Shown piece by piece: positions 57,482 through 64,000 of a stretch of DNA of 64,000 nt. The notes under the pieces are model-generated. The model did not search any database. It had not been told where the DNA came from and was given only the letters and a program-made list of their open reading frames with translations. Within the stretch, counting starts at the first letter, position 1, and every line of letters starts with the position of its first letter. Made by a program: the position numbers and the translations under genes. Source of the DNA: Polyangiales bacterium (GTDB lineage: Bacteria; Myxococcota_A; Polyangia; Polyangiales; Houyiibacteriaceae); NCBI GenBank assembly GCA_045106895.1, contig JBGCFM010000016.1:79464-143463 (forward strand). Direction: 5' to 3'.

Positions 57482-58404
57482 GCCGCGTGCAGTTCTTTAC
57501 GGGGAAGGGCGGCGTTGGGAAGTCGTCCCTCGTCGCCGCCACGGCCATCGCCGCAGCTCGCCAGGGCCGCCGGCCACTCATCGTCGAGCTCGCCCATCGC
57601 GCGACGATGCAGGAGCTCTTCGGCGAAGACATCGGCTCGGATCCCGCGATGGTCTACGAAGGTGTTCACGCGCTTCGAATCGACGTCGACGAAGCGGCGG
57701 AGCGTTTCGTCGGCAAACGAACTGGGGCTGGGCGCTTGGCTCGTCTCCCGCTCCTCAAGCGCCTCTTCCATGCGGCGCCGGCGGTCGGGGAAGTGCTCAC
57801 GTTGGACCGAATCATCGGGCTTGAGTCAGAGACGCAGGAAGACGGCACGCCACGCTGGGGCCCCATCCTCGTGGACCTCGATGCCTCGGGTCACGCCGTC
57901 ATGTTCTTCTCTCTCTCCGAGGTCTTCGAGGGGCTCGCGCGAGGCGGTCCTCTTCGTACTCTTCTCGACGGGTTCGATGCGCTCCTCGATGACCCCGCGC
58001 GCAGCGTGCTTCATCTGGTCACGATTCCCGGGCCGCTCCCGGTGCAAGAGACGCTTCAGCTTCATGCGGCGCTCTCGGCGCGGCGGGCACCAAAGATGGG
58101 GCGACTCTTCGTCAACCGCGTCACGGAGCCTCGCTATGACGAGACGTCCTTGCCGATGCTCGAGTCTCTCGCGGGTGAGATGCCGCTGGCCGTGGCGCTG
58201 GCGAAACGCGAGCTGACGCGGGCGCAGCAAAGCGCCGCGTCGATGTCACGTCTTGACCTGGGTCTGAAGACGACCCGTCTCGCCGAACATGCGCTGCCCG
58301 CGCCGCTGGATATCGCCCTCGCGCTTGCGAGCGAACTGCAGGCGGACGAACTCAAGGCGACGGAAAACGAAGCGAAGGAAAACGAGGCGAAGCATGAAGC
58401 TTGA
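57478..58404 (+). CDS. ArsA/Get3 family ATPase (first of pair)
   Basis: TGKGGVGKS, VDLDASGH, LPVQE, FVNR. Confidence 0.85.
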   Translation: MSRVQFFTGKGGVGKSSLVAATAIAAARQGRRPLIVELAHRATMQELFGEDIGSDPAMVYEGVHALRIDVDEAAERFVGKRTGAGRLARLPLLKRLFHAAPAVGEVLTLDRIIGLESETQEDGTPRWGPILVDLDASGHAVMFFSLSEVFEGLARGGPLRTLLDGFDALLDDPARSVLHLVTIPGPLPVQETLQLHAALSARRAPKMGRLFVNRVTEPRYDETSLPMLESLAGEMPLAVALAKRELTRAQQSAASMSRLDLGLKTTRLAEHALPAPLDIALALASELQADELKATENEAKENEAKHEA

Positions 58405-59545
58405 GCCGGTGAGTTTCGACGGCGCAGAGGTGACGCGGGCTAGTTTGCTCGCGTCCCTAAAGGACCGGCGCCTCGTGGTCTGCGTGGGACCAGGTGGCGT
58501 GGGCAAGACCACGCTGGCGGCGGCTCTCGGGCTCATGGCCGCCGAAGCATCGCGCCGAGTCTTGGTGTTGACGGTGGACCCGGCGAAACGTCTCGCGGAT
58601 GCCCTCGGTCTCGACGGCATCGACGACACCGAACGCGCTGTTCCCGTCGAGGGGCCGGGAACTCTCCACGTCGCGATGCTCGACACCAAGCAGAGCTACG
58701 ACCAGCTCATCGGCCGCATCGCCGACGACGACGCGGCGAAGCGAATCCGGGATAACGCCGTCTACGCTGCGTTCTCCAAGACCCTCGCGAAGAGCCACGC
58801 GTACATTGCGGCGGAGCGCCTCTACGAGGCCATGAACGACGAGCGTTTTGACCTCGTCATTCTCGACACGCCGCCGACGCGGAGCGCTCTTGAGATCCTC
58901 GACGCGCCGCGCACGCTCGCGCGCTTTGTCGACGCGGACATTCTCAAGTACTTCCTTCGCCAAGAGGGCGCGTCGCCTTTCCTCGCCATCGCGCGCGCCG
59001 GCGGCCGTGCCGCGCTCTCGCTCCTCTCGTCCATCGCCGGGGAGAGCATCGCCAGCGAGTTGCTGAGCTTCATCGAAGTTCTCGCGTCCCAGCGCGAAGG
59101 ATTCGCCGAGCGCGCCAATGAAAACGAGCGCACCCTGGCGGCGCCGGAGACTCTCTACTGCTTGATCGCCGCCCCGGAACACGCCGCCCTCGCCGACGCA
59201 CGTTTCTTAGCGGGAGAGCTTCGCAGCCGGCATCGCAGCCCCGAGCTAGCGCTCGTCAATCGTGCGTTCGCCGTCGAGTTCGCGGAGCACACTTCAAGCG
59301 CACGCTCGCTCGGAGAGGTGGCGGCGAAGAGCGGCGTGGAGCGGGCCTTCCTTCGTGAGCTCGCCGCATTTCGGGACGCGCGCACAGCCGTGATGAGCGC
59401 GCGCTTGCACCTAGCGCGCGAGTTCGTGGTGGGGCTCGGGGAGGGGACGCGGCTAGCCCTTCCAACGCTCCCGGCGGACATACAGAGTCTCACTGGGTTG
59501 CGTGAGGCGCTGTCGTGGAGTTGTCGCTTGCCGGATGAACGATGA
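58394..59545 (+). CDS. ArsA/Get3 family ATPase (second of pair)
   Basis: GPGGVGKTT, TVDPAKRLADALG, LDTPPT, LVNR. Confidence 0.88.
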   Translation: MKLEPVSFDGAEVTRASLLASLKDRRLVVCVGPGGVGKTTLAAALGLMAAEASRRVLVLTVDPAKRLADALGLDGIDDTERAVPVEGPGTLHVAMLDTKQSYDQLIGRIADDDAAKRIRDNAVYAAFSKTLAKSHAYIAAERLYEAMNDERFDLVILDTPPTRSALEILDAPRTLARFVDADILKYFLRQEGASPFLAIARAGGRAALSLLSSIAGESIASELLSFIEVLASQREGFAERANENERTLAAPETLYCLIAAPEHAALADARFLAGELRSRHRSPELALVNRAFAVEFAEHTSSARSLGEVAAKSGVERAFLRELAAFRDARTAVMSARLHLAREFVVGLGEGTRLALPTLPADIQSLTGLREALSWSCRLPDER

Positions 59546-60113
59546 CCTTTGGTCATCGCTGCTGGGGTCGCAGACAAGCGTGCATGTAGTCGCTTCGCTC
59601 GTCGCTGGATGCGGCACGCCATCGCTTTGAGCCGAAGTCTGCGATCTCCACCCCTTGAGCCGCAGGATCCGCGTTGTCGTGGGCTTCAGCACCAAGGAGC
59701 CCACCCATCTGACTTTGTGGAGATCGTCGATGAGTATGGCTGCCCCGGTTTCGAGATCGTCGAAATGGGTGAGTCCTGCCCCGCTGAGTAGGCGACTGCC
59801 GCATCTTCACGCGCTGTGTAAGGTTCTTGGAGCGAACGCGTTCCCAGACCATGCCCAAGCTACTTTCTGTGCTCCTTCTCTTGATACTCGCGAGAGAGAA
59901 TCGCCTGGCTTCGCTGGTCTTCGACGGGTTGAGCGGCCTGATGCGAGCGAGCTGTGACACGAACAAGAGCGTGTGTTTGGCCTCGGTCCATCGCCCGTTC
60001 AGGCCGAAGTCGCTCATCGACACGTAGTCGCCGAGTTTGGTTTCGAGTAAGCCGAACAAGGCTATGGCCAGTCCCGTCGATAGCGTCCTGCCATGGCGTT
60101 TCGTTGGCCGTCT

Positions 60114-60268
60114 TCAATCGGCGGCGAAGTCGAGCTCAAGCTGTGTCGCAACGGCGGCGCGCCCGCGGGACAGTGCCAAGGATGGCCTGAATTTCGCTTG
60201 CCTCGGTGCTTTACGCGCCTCGCTCCCTGGCACTCCGGACACGTCATGATGTCGATGGCGAAGAGCTC
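60114..60268 (-). pseudogene. 3' remnant of IS91-family transposase
   Basis: LFAIDIMTCPECQG then, after frame changes, TEASEIQAIL and QLELDFAAD*. Confidence 0.55.
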
Positions 60269-60510
60269 CGAGGAAGCTGTGGCGGAAGCTCGGGGCCGGA
60301 GCAGGTGTTCGCCTTCGAAGTGCCTGTCGAGAGCGAGTTCAGTGGCGTTTATTATGTTCGAAGTCGTTGCCAGGACTCGACCAGTGAGCACTTTTGCGGC
60401 GGCTTCGGAACGGTGTCGGCGTGGATGAGACCCAAGGCAACCACCCAGACTGTGACCTACCGGCGGGGTCCTATGTTCTTGTCGTAGATGCGGATTCGGC
60501 GGATTCGGCG
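60262..60510 (+). pseudogene. Fragment of a myxobacterial PPC-like surface protein
   Basis: LRGSCGGSSGPEQVFAF...YYVRSRC and, in another frame, LPAGSYVLVVDAD; no start. Confidence 0.45.
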
Positions 60511-60698
60511 CCGCGAACGTGCGTCTCCTTCCTTCGCCTGGCTAAGGTTTGAGGACCGATGTGTCGTTTCACGGTGTGGACAGCTTCGATACTGATGGTG
60601 TAGTCAGTTTTGACCGTGCTTAGACATGAAGGAACCAGCTGAGCAGATGCCAAGTGTCGAAACGAGTGGCGAAAACCGGTTCGTCGTGCGGAGCGTCC

Positions 60699-62165
60699 AT
60701 GGTTGACGTGGCGCATCTTCACACCGCCCTCGAAGTCGTTCCGATGGCCGCGATGCTCGTTGGGGAAGACGGCAGAATCCTTCGGACGAACGGAAAGCTC
60801 GAGGAGCTCTTTGGGTACGCCAAGAACGAGCTTGCGAACCAATCGGTGAGCATGCTTGTCCCGAAGGAGGACCGGGCTCAACATCCGTCCCATGTGGACT
60901 CCTTTGTTAAACGCCCAAGTTCGCGTTTGATGGGCGGAGGGGAGCTCGTTGGTGTAACGAAGGGTGGCAAGAGCATCCCCATCGAGGTGGGGCTCAACCC
61001 CATCGAGACAGAGCTCGGGCTCCGCGTGGTGACGACGGTGGTCGACATCCGAGAGCGGAAGCATCACGAAAAACGTTTCAAGCTCGCCTTGGATGCAGCG
61101 CCCAGCGCGATCATCATGGTCGATTCCGCGGGAACGATTGTTCTGTGCAACCGGTTGACGGAGGAAGTCTTTGGCCATCCCCGCGCGGAGTTGATCGGCC
61201 AACCGATCGAATCGCTGATTCCTCAACGACTGCATGAAGCGCACGTGGCGAACCGTTCGGGCTATGTGAAGGTGCCGGAGCGACGCAAGATGGGCCGAGG
61301 GCCTGACCTCTGGGGATTGCGCGCGGACGGCACAGAGTTTCCAGTGGAGGTCGCACTACAGCCGATCACGGCGAACGACGAGCAGTTCGTGATCAGCTCG
61401 GTCCTCGATATCAGTGAACAGCGATCGTCGGCGCGCGTGCTCGACGCGAAGAACAAGCTGCTGACAAGGCTCAACGAGGACCTCCGGGCGTTTGCGTTCA
61501 GCGCATCCCACGACTTGAAAGCTCCCCTCTCGTCGATTCAAGGCCTTTCGGAATGCATGGCGGAGGACCTGGCTGCAGGTGACCTTGGCGAAGTCGGCAC
61601 GAACCTGAACCGGATCAACGTCTTGGCTGAAAAACTATCCACTCTCGTGGAGGACATGCTCTCGGTGGCAAACGCGGACGCCTCCGCCGCGCCGGCTTCG
61701 TTTCGCGTGGACGAGCATGTTCGTCTGGCCATTGTCCGACACTCAGCGCTAGCCGCTCAACTGCGCGTTGAGATCGACGCCTCTGCCGTCGAGGCACTCG
61801 CACTCGTGTCCCAAGCGCCTCGCTTCGACTCCATTGTCGACAACCTGCTTTCCAACGCTCTGCGCTATTCGGATCCCAACAAGCAACACCGCGAGGTGAG
61901 GCTCTCCGCCGAGCGGCGCGATGAGCGCTTCGTCCTGGAGGTTCGTGACAACGGTCTGGGCATTCCCGAAGGGATGCGCGAGAAGGTGTTTCGAATGTTT
62001 CAACGCGCACACCCTCATCTTCCCGATGGAAGTGGTCTGGGTTTGGCGCTCTCCAGGAAGCACGCACAGCGGATGGGGGGCCAACTGCGACTTGAGATTC
62101 TAGATGGCTGGACGGTATTCTCTTTGCTGCTGCCCTCATCCATCCTAGCGGACGTGTTGCCATGA
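60699..62165 (+). CDS. Cytoplasmic PAS-PAS sensor histidine kinase
   Basis: Two PAS domains (LFGY..EL; GLRADGTEFPVE), ASHDLKAPL, NLLSNALRY, DNGLGI, GSGLGL. Confidence 0.92.
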   Translation: MVDVAHLHTALEVVPMAAMLVGEDGRILRTNGKLEELFGYAKNELANQSVSMLVPKEDRAQHPSHVDSFVKRPSSRLMGGGELVGVTKGGKSIPIEVGLNPIETELGLRVVTTVVDIRERKHHEKRFKLALDAAPSAIIMVDSAGTIVLCNRLTEEVFGHPRAELIGQPIESLIPQRLHEAHVANRSGYVKVPERRKMGRGPDLWGLRADGTEFPVEVALQPITANDEQFVISSVLDISEQRSSARVLDAKNKLLTRLNEDLRAFAFSASHDLKAPLSSIQGLSECMAEDLAAGDLGEVGTNLNRINVLAEKLSTLVEDMLSVANADASAAPASFRVDEHVRLAIVRHSALAAQLRVEIDASAVEALALVSQAPRFDSIVDNLLSNALRYSDPNKQHREVRLSAERRDERFVLEVRDNGLGIPEGMREKVFRMFQRAHPHLPDGSGLGLALSRKHAQRMGGQLRLEILDGWTVFSLLLPSSILADVLP

Positions 62166-62578
62166 ATACCCTTGTTGTCATCGATGATTCCGAGCCTGAC
62201 CGCTACCTTGTTCGGCGAGTCCTTGGCCGTGCAAAACCGGATGTACACTTCGTCGAGTACACATCCGCCGTGGAGGCCCTCGACGTTTTCTTGGAAGAGG
62301 ATGACTTCGACGGCGTCGTGGGAACCACGCCTCCGCCGGCCCTGGTTTTTTTGGACATCAATATGCCCCAGATGAACGGCTTTGAGTTCTTAGACCGGAT
62401 CAAGGAGAGTGCGTCACGCAAGAAGTGTTTCGTCGTCGTGATGTTTTCATCATCGAACAATCCAGACGATCGACAGCGCGCCTCGGAGTTTGACTTCGTC
62501 GCTGACTACATGGTGAAGCCGATCACCACCGCAAAGCTGCTCGCAGTCTCCGAGAGAGAAGAATTCAAGCTCAGCTGA
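62162..62578 (+). CDS. Single-domain response regulator
   Basis: VIDD, FLDINMPQMNGFEFL, SSS, KP; ATGA overlap with the kinase. Confidence 0.92.
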   Translation: MNTLVVIDDSEPDRYLVRRVLGRAKPDVHFVEYTSAVEALDVFLEEDDFDGVVGTTPPPALVFLDINMPQMNGFEFLDRIKESASRKKCFVVVMFSSSNNPDDRQRASEFDFVADYMVKPITTAKLLAVSEREEFKLS

Positions 62579-62764
62579 CCTCTGCCAGTGATGATTCCGA
62601 TTCGAGGCACGTCGCAAACTCTTCCCAGAGTTCTTGGCTTGCCAAACGGAACGCGCCAAAGTGCCCCACGGTTTCCAGGCCGAAGCTCTTCGGCGAAACG
62701 TGCAGAAACTCTCTGTCTGCTCCCACGTCACGCTCTGTGTCATGGGACAGGCCCAAGGATGACG

Positions 62765-63743
62765 GAGGGCCGCGCACAGACGCTCAAGTCGCTTTCCGTC
62801 GCGGCTGTTAATGGCCACCGCCGCATGTATGTTCACGCCGCCGACTTCGGCGACCGCGTCCGGGCCGCGTCCTTGTACGAGGCGAAGTGGACGCACAAAC
62901 TTCGCGGTCTTGCGACCAGCGCTGGCACCAAGCAGCTGGAGATCGGCGGCGGACGCTCCACAGCACGACGCGAGGACCGGCTGGTGGCTAACGAACGTGT
63001 CGGGGTCGGTCTCGATGCATTGAGGCTGTGCGTCCGTGCCGCTTGAGCACTCGGAGTAGGCTGGAATGTGTCTACGCCGCGACTTGCGCGACGTCCTCCG
63101 TCGTCGGCTCGCCGAACTCGCGATACTGCAACCCTCCCGCACTATCTCGTACACGCCATCGAGTGCCAGCGTATGGAAGTGCACATTCAGCCGGAGCGCG
63201 CTGTCCGCCCGCTGCACGAACGTGAGCGCGCCTACCTGTGCATGGCAGACAGAGCGCAGCCGAAGTCGTGCTTCGCCATCGCAGCGAGCGCTTGAGCGCG
63301 CCAATGAACGCGCTCAACACATCGCTACACAACTTCCTGTGGTCCAGCACGGACCGAAGTCGCCAGGGGGCGTGCAGACCCATTGACGGATCGGGAACTC
63401 GGGCAAGACGTCGTCCACCAAGGTGCGCGGCAATGTCAGACATCCGCCGGCCGAGGCATGAGGGAGAAGCCGCGGCGCTTGCACGAAAAGCCCATGACCA
63501 TCTCGTGACCGCATCCGCCGCACGCGAGGTGCACCAGACCATGCTCGAGAATCCCGCATTGCAAGTACGCGTCGAACTCGGCAGCGACGAACTTCAGTAA
63601 GCCCCCTGCGCCTCGGTACGCTCCCTGAATCGAGGCCAAAGCGCGCCTACCAGTGCATGCGGGAGCGTGTCTTCAGGGCGACGCGGCGTGTAGCCATCGG
63701 TGCGCGCTGGGTCGGCGCACGTCGAAGTCGCGGGCCATGCCAC
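62765..63743 (-). mobile_element. IS91-family (rolling-circle) transposase pseudogene, 5' portion
   Basis: Across several frames: YTPRRPE, YLQCGILEHG...C..C...FSCKRRG, PSCLGRRM, PIRQWV, FVQRADSALRLNVHFHTLALDGVY, LERLC. Confidence 0.88.
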
Positions 63744-64000
63744 TTGAGCCTGCACCGCAGGAAGTGCGCCAGCGGGTGATCGCCTGAAACGCCGCGTGAC
63801 TTGCGCAACGCCGCCGGCCGCCGGCGGACGCCAGAAGAGACGCTAGCAGGTTGGTGAAAAAGGCCGCCTGGCGATTTTTGGACTGAGTGCGTGCGCACGT
63901 GCGTCCGATTCACGTCCGCCTATGGACATAGGTGGCACGAATCGGAGGGTGCGTGATTGCGTGCTCATGCCGCAAAGCGGCATCGCGGAGTTTTTCACCA

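Noticed and set aside
58355..58400. 15-bp repeats at the end of the first ArsA-like gene
   Set aside because: Low-complexity ENEAK tail; no evidence of separate function.
57478..59545. Arsenic resistance operon
   Set aside because: No arsB/acr3/arsC/arsR nearby and no clear metalloid-binding Cys set.
59553..60059. 168-aa minus-strand ORF in the scar region
   Set aside because: No recognisable motif in any frame; probably decayed DNA.
1..64000. tRNA, rRNA, CRISPR-Cas, prophage or defence genes
   Set aside because: None recognised by eye; tRNAscan-SE, Infernal and DefenseFinder would be needed to exclude them.

Overview
High-GC chromosomal window with a strongly myxobacterial (Myxococcota) gene repertoire: MYXO-CTERM tag, myxococcal Cys-rich repeats, three Hanks-type Ser/Thr kinases, TSP3/OmpA and many lipoproteins. 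About 55 intact CDSs, mostly housekeeping and envelope genes (pgi, rnc, orn, cysD-cysNC, prolyl oligopeptidase, rhomboid, CPBP protease, NDH-2, two UbiA/MenA prenyltransferases, tandem ArsA/Get3 ATPases, ECF sigma-cupin pair). The last ~4.4 kb is a decayed mobile scar: a PAS-kinase/receiver pair sits between the 5' and 3' remnants of a frameshifted IS91-family transposase. I saw no rRNA, tRNA or CRISPR array by eye. Best lead: a single ORF (41660-44605) that reads as a two-product polyprotein (signal peptide, TSP3 stalk, internal MYXO-CTERM, second signal peptide, TraB-like beta-barrel/TSP3/OmpA). Other leads: a Ser/Thr kinase fused to a periplasmic sugar-binding domain, a CysNC with an apparently dead APS-kinase module, a cbEGF-repeat lipoprotein whose likely start is 1 nt out of frame across a G5 tract, and repeated TANNNT boxes 6-7 nt before start codons (leaderless mRNAs). 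All assignments come from motif recognition; no searches were run.
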